This document shows, piece after piece, positions 29,161-37,686 of a DNA stretch of 64,000 nucleotides; position 1 is the stretch's first letter, and each line of letters starts with the position of its first letter. Where the stretch lies: the NCBI GenBank assembly GCA_949290645.1, contig CASESG010000004.1, positions 10,821 to 74,820 of the forward strand, in the 5' to 3' direction. The position numbers were made by a program, and so were the translations under genes. The notes beneath the pieces were generated by a model. It had not been told where the DNA came from and searched no databases. It worked only from the letters and a program-made list of their open reading frames with translations. This DNA comes from an uncultured Bacillota bacterium. Its GTDB lineage: Bacteria > Bacillota_I > Bacilli_A > RFN20 > CAG-288.

Positions 29161-29715
29161 CTAGGATTCGGGAGCTTCCTCCTTGACTTGCTTCCTTTTG
29201 GCGCCGGCATGTCGTTTGGGCCCAAAAGGTGTTCCAGAAGACCTTTATCGGCATTGCTGAGCGTCGTCGTCTGCCAATCCTTTCCGGTGCCTTTCGTTCT
29301 AAAGACATCGGTCAGGTCAGCATACGGGCGATATCATTCACGAATACGGAACCCATAGCCGTCCGGCCGTCATGCTCTCCCGTCGTCTTGAGATCCATGA
29401 AGTTCCTGAACCCTTCGAACATGGGCTCCGTTTCCCGTCTGAGCCTATGCCGGCATAGAGGCCCAATTCCTTGGCAGCCTTGGATGACCTCTTGCAAGGA
29501 TGGATGTATCCGACTTTCCTTCCAAATCCGTTTTCCGTCTTCGTCCCTTCGGACGGGAATGCCTTGTCGCCGATCATTGTTCCTTCATCAAGGCCGAACC
29601 CTTTCATGAAGTCTTCACGGTTCTTGAAGTCGGGAAGATTTCCTTTTCATACCTTCTCGCATATAGGCTCCCATTTCTCGGCATCGATGGCAAACGGTAT
29701 GCCGATATCCGCCAT
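29161..29715 (-). pseudogene. Degenerate gene remnant (in-frame TGA plus at least two frameshifts), family unknown
   Basis: Reads MADIGIPFAIDAEKWEPICEKV*KGNLPDFKNREDFMKGFGLDEGTMIGDK... The sense then continues in two other frames (FEGFRNFMDLKTTGEHDGRTAMGSVFVNDIARMLT, then DVFRTKGTGKDWQTTTLSNADKG). Confidence 0.3.
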
Positions 29716-29743
29716 CCCTTTTGTCCGCCCTTCAAAAGAGAAA

Positions 29744-29852
29744 CCCTGCCGGCGGAAGAGGAAAAGAATGAAAAGCAAAGAAACGAGGCAGAACCGAAGC
29801 CGAGAACCTTCCAAACCCTATTCCACAAAGAACCGGGTTCGTTCTCTATTGC
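29744..29852. repeat. Roughly 100-nt repeat, copy B (leader upstream of the degenerate gene)
   Basis: See 27260-27355. Shared core: AAAGAAACGAGGCAGAACCGAA. Confidence 0.6.
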
Positions 29853-30108
29853 CAAGAACGAAGGCTTTTCTTCAGAAATCGATTCTTCCAAAGCGCAGTT
29901 CAGATGAGTCTAGCTTTCGAACTCCTCCGATGGAAGTTTTCCTCCCGTCCTTTGTGGCTCCGCAGATTGCTCGGCCAAAAATCTCATTTCAGGAATTCAA
30001 ATGACGGGCACCGATGGAATTCGGAAAGGGAAGGAAAATCTGTCCCACATCAAACGCCAATCGAACGAATGCAAAAGAAGGGCCGCTTGTTCGCCGACTA
30101 TTTCCCAA

Positions 30109-32835
30109 TCAGGCGATGACTGTCGTCGCTCCCTTTCTCCAGACGCCCAAGGTCGAATCGAACTGCAAAGAAGCAATCGGAGCATAGAGGCTACGATTCC
30201 CGGAAGACCAATCCTGGGCAGGAGTTTGTGAAATCGTCCTTGTGAAGTAATCCCACGTCACCGTTTGCGTCTGAGTGCCAAACGATGAACCCGAAATGCT
30301 TCCGGTATTGTCATCTCCCGTATAGGTCCACCCGGAATCGCTCGTCCCCTCGTCGATATGCTTTGTCAAGGAAATGGTGCCGATTCTCGAATAGGAGGAA
30401 ATGCCGGAAAAACGAGTGATGTCCGCCGGGTAATACCCCGTCGTCCCCGAAGTGTAGGAGACAGAGGAAAACAGGCTCATGGAGGAAATCGTCACAGATT
30501 GATTCGTCAAATAGTTCGTTGTCGTGTTTTCCGTCACAGAATATTCTGTCGGCATTGGACTGAAATCTCCCCAAGGGCCATGAACAATACCAAATGAAGT
30601 ACGATTCCTTGAAGCCGTGCCTTTCTCTCCGTCTCCCACCCATGTCTCCATGCTTGAGCGCACCGAAATGGTATAGGTCGTCGAATCGTTCGAGACCGGA
30701 TAGAAGTTACGTGTTGAAGAACTGTATTGGTTGTCATAGACATAGGCCGCATATGCATCGAACGTCGCCGTCGGATCAGGCACTTCGACCTGCTGGCCCC
30801 GATAGTAGGCATAATACTGGGTCGCTGTCCGGGCAAGGTGATCCTCCGACACATAGGATTCGATGGGAGTCATCGTCCCACTCATCGGACTTCCCGAGTC
30901 TGTCACATAGATATATTGGTTTTGGCCGACGGAATACACGCCTGTCCGATAGTCGTATTCCGTCTCTCCATTCGTCAAGGTGGAATCGATGTCTTCCGAG
31001 CGAAAGACGTGATAGGGGGAATCGGAAGATGAATCGTCGTTGACCATCAGGGGAACAATGAGGTACTCGTGAATCGATGATTCGAGCATGTCCTTGATGC
31101 TTCCCCCTAAAAGCGTACCGATAGCGGATCCAAGATCGATGTCTCCTCCCATATAAGAAAAGGGAATGGCGCGGGAAACGAAGGTGTCGAAAGAGGATGC
31201 GTTTCCGTTCAAATAGTCTTTTGTCGATTCGGAAAGATTCATCATTCCGGCAAGGGGATGCCCCTCCCCATCAGCCTGAATGGAACCGCCGATGGTGACG
31301 CGCGGATTCTTCTGCACGTTTCTTTCCGTTTCCTCAAGCTCATATTTCTGGTAGCGGGATCGGGTAAAATTGTAATTCGCCTTGCTATAGCCATAAAACG
31401 CCGTTGATGAATCGACTGGAAGTTCGGAAAGAACGATCAGCCCTCCTTTTGAAGTCCCTTTCTCTATGTCCACTTCGACATCTCCGAATGTAGGAATGAC
31501 GACGTTGCTGTCGAAATCGCGGCTCGTCAATCGCACCAGACTCCCTTCTTCCGTCATGACCGTGGCCCCTGGACTCAAAAGCAAAGTCAACGGAAGGGTC
31601 AAGTCGCAGTCCTTTCGAACCCTGAAATGATAGTAAGAAGGAATGTAGAAAGAAAACTGCGACATTTCAATATTGGCAGTCATCTCAAGTCCGGAAAAGG
31701 TCAAGGTTGTATTCAATGTCATGCTTTCGACAGTGACGGAACCATAAAAATCGTATTCCACGCGATGATTCGCTTCATAGGAATTGACAGCATCTGTCGA
31801 ATCCGAAAGGTTGTTATAACCATCCCGGACAATCACAGAATCCGCGGACGTCAGATTGAAGAGGGATCCCGATGGCCCTAACACGTTCATCTGCGTCTTC
31901 GTCATCATGGACTGCGCATAAAGCATCGTCGCCCCAGTCAGAACCGCTCCATGACGAAACCGGATCGAACAGCTGAGGTAGGGCATCGAATAGGTCGAAA
32001 AGGGCATCGTGGAGAAGGCCGCCCTTCCGACCGTCGGTCCGCCGCCACCATAGTCTTCGACGACAAATCCCGCGTAGATGGTTCCGGAGCAGTCGACTTC
32101 TCCAATGTGCTGCCCGTCGATCTTGCTCGTGGCGGAGTCGAGAAGATATCCGTAGGCATTCATCGTCGCTCCCGACTGAATCGTCAGCGTATGTCCGTTG
32201 AGATCGAGGGCGACGAAGCTCCCTTCGATGACACAGCCCGCGTTTCCGCCACCCGAACTCGATCCGACAAGGGCTCCGATGCTGAGAATGCCGCCGCTGG
32301 TCACAGTGACATCCCCCGCCAGTCGAATCGTATAGAGCCGGGCGGGACGAGAATCGTAATTCTGATCGTAATAATAGTTGATGGGACGGGCCGAATTCGT
32401 CGTCGCCCCTCCATCGGCCGCCGTGGTGGCAAAGCCTCCGTCTTCGGTCGGGCTCTTTCCCAGGAAGTCGTCGATTCCATAGTCGATGTCGTTTTGCCGA
32501 TGGGTGAAGTGAACAGGAGAGGAAATCTCCAGGACTTCCCCGGGCCTCCCCAAGGAAATCACCCGATTGTCTTCGTCGTATTGTGAATCGTTGTAGACAC
32601 CCGAATAGTCTCCCGACGCCGCATTCGTCTTGCTGTCATAGATGTAGCTTGGATTCGTTCCCGTCTTGTTTTCCAAGAAAGTCGTCAAGTCGCTTGGCAC
32701 AAATTCGACATAGTCCTCGTTGCTTGGAGCCTGTGCTGTCCCGTTGATGATCCACGTCGAGAAACCGACGGCAATCAAGAAGAACGTCAGAAAGGAAAGC
32801 AGGAAGGCCGAACGGATCTTCCGTGTCCTCTTCAT
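30109..32835 (-). CDS. Large secreted/anchored protein (908 aa) with the operon-specific N-terminal motif (AVGFSTWIING); paralog of 34328..37000
   Basis: Start was re-picked at ATG 32835 (MKRTRKIRSAFLLSFLTFFLIAVGFSTWII), an ATGA overlap with the upstream gene. Shares blocks with the 890-aa protein: LDLNGH.LTI.S, YG.L.DS, DYGGGG, PF..YSMPYL.C..R, and a C-terminal FDS.L..W. Confidence 0.85.
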   Translation of the reverse strand: MKRTRKIRSAFLLSFLTFFLIAVGFSTWIINGTAQAPSNEDYVEFVPSDLTTFLENKTGTNPSYIYDSKTNAASGDYSGVYNDSQYDEDNRVISLGRPGEVLEISSPVHFTHRQNDIDYGIDDFLGKSPTEDGGFATTAADGGATTNSARPINYYYDQNYDSRPARLYTIRLAGDVTVTSGGILSIGALVGSSSGGGNAGCVIEGSFVALDLNGHTLTIQSGATMNAYGYLLDSATSKIDGQHIGEVDCSGTIYAGFVVEDYGGGGPTVGRAAFSTMPFSTYSMPYLSCSIRFRHGAVLTGATMLYAQSMMTKTQMNVLGPSGSLFNLTSADSVIVRDGYNNLSDSTDAVNSYEANHRVEYDFYGSVTVESMTLNTTLTFSGLEMTANIEMSQFSFYIPSYYHFRVRKDCDLTLPLTLLLSPGATVMTEEGSLVRLTSRDFDSNVVIPTFGDVEVDIEKGTSKGGLIVLSELPVDSSTAFYGYSKANYNFTRSRYQKYELEETERNVQKNPRVTIGGSIQADGEGHPLAGMMNLSESTKDYLNGNASSFDTFVSRAIPFSYMGGDIDLGSAIGTLLGGSIKDMLESSIHEYLIVPLMVNDDSSSDSPYHVFRSEDIDSTLTNGETEYDYRTGVYSVGQNQYIYVTDSGSPMSGTMTPIESYVSEDHLARTATQYYAYYRGQQVEVPDPTATFDAYAAYVYDNQYSSSTRNFYPVSNDSTTYTISVRSSMETWVGDGEKGTASRNRTSFGIVHGPWGDFSPMPTEYSVTENTTTNYLTNQSVTISSMSLFSSVSYTSGTTGYYPADITRFSGISSYSRIGTISLTKHIDEGTSDSGWTYTGDDNTGSISGSSFGTQTQTVTWDYFTRTISQTPAQDWSSGNRSLYAPIASLQFDSTLGVWRKGATTVIA

Positions 32836-33505
32836 GCTGCCACCTCCTGTGCCATCATCGTCATCGAGAAGGAAAAGGTGCCATCCGTCAGAAAGGAGAA
32901 GAGCGTCTCGTCGAAATGCTGGAAGGTATAACGGACGAAATACTCCCCCTCCGAGGCAGGGACGGTCCAATCCGTCGAGATGTCGATGGAATACCGGCCG
33001 TCTTCTGCTGTCGCCTCGAAGGCAAAGGAGGGAATCTCCGCCATGGCGACGGACGATTGGTCGACAGAGGAATAGACCCAAACGACAGGGGAGAGATACG
33101 ATTGGTTTTCATTCACCTGGAGAGAGAGTTCGTATCGCCCGTCCTCACCCAGAGCAATCATCCGCGGAGAGGACGTCTGATAGTTCAGCCTTCCCTGAAG
33201 CACGTAATCGTAACCGTCCAACGTTCGATCGATCGAAAGCGGAATGTCCAGATGTCCGACGCTTCCGTTCAGAAAACCGGCAATCGAAAAGCGGACAGGC
33301 TGGACGTCGCCGATCGTCAGGCAATCTCGGATGTCCAGGACACCATCCGCTTCGACAGGAACGGTCGCACTCTGCGGACGGCTTTCCCCGTCTTGAATGA
33401 CCCAGCTGGAAAAGCCGACGGCAAAAAGGGTCAAAACACTAAGAACCTGCACCCCCCCCCCGCAAGGAAGAGCCGATGGCGTCGAACCCAGCGATTCAGT
33501 TTCAT
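32832..33505 (-). CDS. Small secreted protein with the GFSSWVI motif; 5' end interrupted by a poly-G(10) tract (candidate phase-variable gene, OFF frame in this sequence)
   Basis: ATG 33505 lies 4 nt after the lgt stop and encodes MKLNRWVRRHRLFLAGGG. After the G10 run it falls out of frame with VQVLSVLTLFAVGFSSWVIQDG... A run of 11 or 8 G would restore the frame. The track ORF uses a GTG inside the run (33452). Confidence 0.7.
33452..33461. repeat. Homopolymeric C10 (G10 on the coding strand) inside the 5' coding region
   Basis: Read directly: a cccccccccc g at 33451-33462. Confidence 0.95.
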
Positions 33506-33509
33506 GTTG

Positions 33510-34325
33510 CTATGATACTCCATTGTCCCCTGATTGCGAAACGCAATTTTCTTCCGCCGACTGCGTGAGCGTCTCTTCAAACTCCCTCAGAATCCTCTGC
33601 CCGCAATCCTTCCTCCTTCGATTCTGAACGTGAAGGACCACGATCCAGACGGTCGCGCCGACGATCTGGCCCAAGGAAAGAAGGTGACTGACCGAAAGGG
33701 GACCGACCACATTGGTTCGATGGCGAAGGAATTCCAGACCAAAGCGAAGAATGCTATAACCCAGGAACGTAGACAGGAAGGTCTCTCCCGGAAGAAGCCT
33801 CTTCTTCAGGAAAAGGAAGAAGATCAGGGCGAAGAGAAGCAGGTCCAATCCCGCCTCCAAGGGCTGGACCGGAAACAGTCCGTCCTGCACACCGTTGGTG
33901 ATGCCCCAGCCGACCGGAATCCCGTAGCAGCACCCCGTGCACATGCATCCGATGCGATAGAAGGCCAGTTCAATCAAGATACCCGGGGCAAGGAAATCCA
34001 TCAGGCGATAGAAACTCGTCTTCATGACCAAGGAAAGCAGGAAGAGGAAAATCGGCGTGAAGTAGAAGACCCCATAGAGAGAATATCCGCCCGACCAAGA
34101 GATAGGTTCGCCAAAGGCGGAGGGATTCTCCAGGTAGAACATGATCTTTGCCCCAAAGATCTCCAGGATGATCATCATCCCGCCAAGGAGCAAGGCCGTA
34201 TACCATCGATATCCGTACCATTTGTGGACAGCAACGTATTCCGCAAGGCAGAGGACGATGCCGATGCCCCAGAAGAAGACGGAGGAAGAGATGGAAAAGG
34301 AACCAAAGGAAATCTCCGGCAGCAT
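33510..34325 (-). CDS. lgt: Prolipoprotein diacylglyceryl transferase (Lgt family)
   Basis: Polytopic membrane protein with Lgt-like blocks: YSLYGVFYF, FYRIGCMCTGCCYGIP, FPVQPLEAGLDLLLF, ILRFGLEFLR. ATG 34325 lies 2 nt after the TAG of the upstream gene. Confidence 0.7.
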   Translation of the reverse strand: MLPEISFGSFSISSSVFFWGIGIVLCLAEYVAVHKWYGYRWYTALLLGGMMIILEIFGAKIMFYLENPSAFGEPISWSGGYSLYGVFYFTPIFLFLLSLVMKTSFYRLMDFLAPGILIELAFYRIGCMCTGCCYGIPVGWGITNGVQDGLFPVQPLEAGLDLLLFALIFFLFLKKRLLPGETFLSTFLGYSILRFGLEFLRHRTNVVGPLSVSHLLSLGQIVGATVWIVVLHVQNRRRKDCGQRILREFEETLTQSAEENCVSQSGDNGVS

Positions 34326-34327
34326 CC

Positions 34328-37000
34328 CTATGCCCTCACCCAACGATTCAAGGAGGAATCAAATTTGACTGCTGTCTTCTGCGTTGTGTCGGTAAGCCTG
34401 GAGCAATCCGCCTCTCCTGTCGAGTCCGTAGATGAAGAAAACTTGCAATACATCCCTGCAAAGAAGATATATTGTTCCCCATTTTCATCTTGATATACTG
34501 GCAACGCAGAATCTTTCGTAACTTTCAGCAAAGAGCAGGAGCCATCTTCCCTTGGTGCAGAAGAATAGGATTTAGTCGATTCTATGACGTAATGAGAGCC
34601 GTTGAACAACATCTCTCCTGTTCGAGAATCAAAAGTACCAACCACGCCATCAGTATCTGTCGCATTCTGATAATAGCAAAGTCCATTAGAAACGAGAGGG
34701 AGGCTGTATCCTTTGCAAAAATATGTTTTATAAGGAAAACCAGTGACACTGCCTAGCATCGTCGAAAAATAATAGGTCGAGATAGATGTTGTGCCTAAAC
34801 TGTCCGAGACGAGTTCCGTGAACGGATTCTCTCGCTCCTCATAATCGACATAGGTCAATGCAGATAAATCGTCAGAATAATACGCAACACGATTAAAGTT
34901 GATGTTCCCGGCAAGAATATATGGAGAAGAATTGCTGCCCGCATTTCCCTGTCGAATCGCCAACGTTCCATAGATTGAGATTCTTGGAGAAGAAAAGTAT
35001 TTTGCAAAAGCTTCCGAACGCCGATACTGACGTCCTTGACTTCCTTCCCCTCCATCCATGTAATCGTTATTAACGAATTTCTCGTATTGTGAATCGTAAT
35101 AATAGAAATTATTTCCTAATGCGAGAACTTGCGCACTACGTTGGCCATTGTAAGAAAGAGAAACGACACTATTTTCATCGGCAAAGAAGCTTGATCCCGG
35201 CATGAATTTGATTCTCTGTGAGATGACGATTGTCGAAGACCGGAGCATGATGTCAAAGAATCCAGAAATCGGGAAAATGAATTCGCTGGTGTCAATTGGC
35301 ACGGAAATGGTGAATTTCAACGCATTCATATTACATTGGACATTGTTGAGCTGGATTTCCATCCTTTTTGAAAGCACCGCTTGCCGATCTGCGTCTGTCA
35401 TTTTTGGGTCTTCTTCCATAGCCTTATGAGAATATCCGTAAATGTCAACGGACGATTCGGACTGAGGATTAGAAATGGAGAAAAGAAAAGAATCTCCCCC
35501 TTCGGGGCCAATGAAATTCAGGACAATTTCCGTCTGACTTGAGCCCATGTAGTTTATATGTGCAAGAGCAAGAAACTGGCCAAAAGAGTTATTGCTGTCA
35601 GTTTCTAATCTTACGTGGCATCGAAGATAAGGCAACGAATAAACTTCAAAAGGAAAGCATTTATCACTTCCGGAAACCATTCCAGAAGTCGCTCCTCCGC
35701 CACGATAATCCTGGATCGTCGCCAACGTTTGAATCGATCCACCCTTGACAAAAATTGTTCCTGTCCCTTTTGAATCTTTGATCAAGCCATAGGAGAGCAG
35801 GCTTCCTGTTGAATTGATTGTGATATCGTGTCCATTCAAGTCGAGGCAAACATATTCATTCGTAATGAGGCCATTTGCTGCTTGTGAATTCGCTACGCCA
35901 TAGTTTGATCCAATGACCAACGTTCCATCAATAACCATATCTTCCTGCAGAACAACCTTGTACTGCAGTTCGTGAGCGTCATTCTCTGGCTCGAAATTAC
36001 TGAATGATGTCGTTGTAGCATCCTTCTTTATGCTTCCGTCATTCAGTCCAAAGTTGATGGTGACACCCTCGTGAATCGTTGTTGCATGCGTCAAGAAGAC
36101 CGCCTTGTCCCCTTCAAAGTAAGACAAGTCATTCTTGACGTTTTCGCTCCCTTGCGCCGCTTGGGCGTTAAAGGTCTTTACACCGGTCTGAGTACTTGTA
36201 ATCGTATCGGAGAGATTGTTTTTATAGTCAGACAAATCGTTGTCACTATTTAGGACAAGATAATATGAAGAATCGCTTTCGATGGTCGTATCTTCAGAGA
36301 GGAAACTATCGCTCGGCAAAGGATTATCTTCCGCATCATAAACCGTTTCCTTGAACCCGACAAAAGTGTATCCGGAGGAAACGTCGCTGAGATGGTCCAT
36401 GATCATGCTTCTCGCATCGGAAAGGGGATTCCCCAAGTTGAGATTTGTGGAGAACTTGATGTCCGTTTCATATGAATAATGATACTTATTTTCTTCTATC
36501 TGTTGTTTCGAAATCTTATATGTTCCGGAATACGTATCACCACAGACCCCCTCTGTAAATGAAATGCTCTCGGTAACATTGACAATAATATAGTAGCCAG
36601 ACCAAGTATCTATCCCGAAATACTGATAAGGACCTTTAGTTAAATCTCCAACTGTTTTTCCAGTCAAAGTCTGCATCAAACTTTGAAAGTTCTCATATGA
36701 AGACGAGCTGTCCGTGGAATATTCTGTTCCGAGCTCGTAGTTGGTTCCATTGACCACACCCAGCGCTTCCTCTGAATGGGTGATGACTTCCATTCCATCG
36801 CAAATCTGATAGCGGAAATCGACCTTGACCTTCTCCTTGTCCTCCGTCTCTCCGCTCGTTGCCGTGGAATCGGAGGTGTCGACGACCGGATCGTCGACGA
36901 CGAAGGTCGCGTATCCGACCGCGACGAAGACGCCGAGCAGAAGGGAGAAGACGGTCAGGGTCTTCCAAAGAGGAATCTTTTTCGTTTTCTTGTTTTTCAT
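34328..37000 (-). CDS. Large secreted/anchored protein (890 aa) with N-terminal motif (AVGYATFVVD); paralog of 30109..32835; AT-rich core
   Basis: GAGGAGG RBS. N-terminus MKNKKTKKIPLWKTLTVFSLLLGVFVAVGYATFVV. For shared blocks see the paralog. Codon usage from about 34440 to 36720 is A/T-ending, unlike its neighbours. Confidence 0.85.
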   Translation of the reverse strand: MKNKKTKKIPLWKTLTVFSLLLGVFVAVGYATFVVDDPVVDTSDSTATSGETEDKEKVKVDFRYQICDGMEVITHSEEALGVVNGTNYELGTEYSTDSSSSYENFQSLMQTLTGKTVGDLTKGPYQYFGIDTWSGYYIIVNVTESISFTEGVCGDTYSGTYKISKQQIEENKYHYSYETDIKFSTNLNLGNPLSDARSMIMDHLSDVSSGYTFVGFKETVYDAEDNPLPSDSFLSEDTTIESDSSYYLVLNSDNDLSDYKNNLSDTITSTQTGVKTFNAQAAQGSENVKNDLSYFEGDKAVFLTHATTIHEGVTINFGLNDGSIKKDATTTSFSNFEPENDAHELQYKVVLQEDMVIDGTLVIGSNYGVANSQAANGLITNEYVCLDLNGHDITINSTGSLLSYGLIKDSKGTGTIFVKGGSIQTLATIQDYRGGGATSGMVSGSDKCFPFEVYSLPYLRCHVRLETDSNNSFGQFLALAHINYMGSSQTEIVLNFIGPEGGDSFLFSISNPQSESSVDIYGYSHKAMEEDPKMTDADRQAVLSKRMEIQLNNVQCNMNALKFTISVPIDTSEFIFPISGFFDIMLRSSTIVISQRIKFMPGSSFFADENSVVSLSYNGQRSAQVLALGNNFYYYDSQYEKFVNNDYMDGGEGSQGRQYRRSEAFAKYFSSPRISIYGTLAIRQGNAGSNSSPYILAGNINFNRVAYYSDDLSALTYVDYEERENPFTELVSDSLGTTSISTYYFSTMLGSVTGFPYKTYFCKGYSLPLVSNGLCYYQNATDTDGVVGTFDSRTGEMLFNGSHYVIESTKSYSSAPREDGSCSLLKVTKDSALPVYQDENGEQYIFFAGMYCKFSSSTDSTGEADCSRLTDTTQKTAVKFDSSLNRWVRA

Positions 37001-37011
37001 GGACTACCTCC

Positions 37012-37686
37012 TCATTCACGGCTTGTCGCCAATCCGAAGGTGATCTTGATTGTTGGAAAGGCCATATCGTCCGATTCCAGCAGATCCTTGTTGACGTTGG
37101 ATATCGTGAAGCGAAAGACCAGGGGGACCTGGTAGACTCCGTTTCGCGGATAGCTCGAATCGAGGGATGCCAGGGAGCAGAGGGACATGGCCTTTCGGCT
37201 TTCGACAGGAAAGTAGAACTGCGTCGTGTCGGCATTGTTCTCTTGGCAGATGGTTTCGGAGCGAGTGGCAGGAAAATCGTAATGATCGTAGTTTTCGGGA
37301 TAGACCATCAGTTCTTCGACGATGTTATTGAGGGTGCTCGCATAGCCCTGGTATTGGAACACCACCCGAAGGTCGGCGTCCTCGAAGGCCGAATGGTCCT
37401 TGTCCAGGTCGAGCGTCGCCTTGAGGGAGAAAAAGACGTCGCCCACGTATTCCGACGTCACGGAAGAAGTGTTATCTTCAAACGTCACGTACTGGAACGC
37501 CTCGAAGGAGTCCGGGACGATCTCGAAGCCGACGTCTTCCAGTCCGACGGTCGTGGTCACGACGTCGTCGGCCGAGACGGGAATCTCGACCCGTTCGCTC
37601 TCGCCGATGACCCATGTGGAAAAGCCCAGGCCAGCGATGCTGGCCGTACAAAGGCCGATGACGGTTGCCATCTTCCACTTCTTCAC
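37012..37686 (-). CDS. Small secreted protein (224 aa) with the GFSTWVI motif
   Basis: A GTG start at 37686 forms a GTGA overlap with the upstream stop. N-terminus (M)KKWKMATVIGLCTASIAGLGFSTWVIGE. The track ORF is over-extended to 38109. Confidence 0.8.
   Translation of the reverse strand: MKKWKMATVIGLCTASIAGLGFSTWVIGESERVEIPVSADDVVTTTVGLEDVGFEIVPDSFEAFQYVTFEDNTSSVTSEYVGDVFFSLKATLDLDKDHSAFEDADLRVVFQYQGYASTLNNIVEELMVYPENYDHYDFPATRSETICQENNADTTQFYFPVESRKAMSLCSLASLDSSYPRNGVYQVPLVFRFTISNVNKDLLESDDMAFPTIKITFGLATSRE

Noticed and set aside
29647-29649. An in-frame TGA after ...PICEKV with a small downstream hairpin (CTTCA-agaaccg-TGAAG), considered as a possible selenocysteine codon with a SECIS element.
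   Set aside because: The same gene has at least two further frameshifts. The context C-x-x-x-U is not a standard redox motif. The hairpin is only 5 bp, and no selenoprotein family could be recognised.
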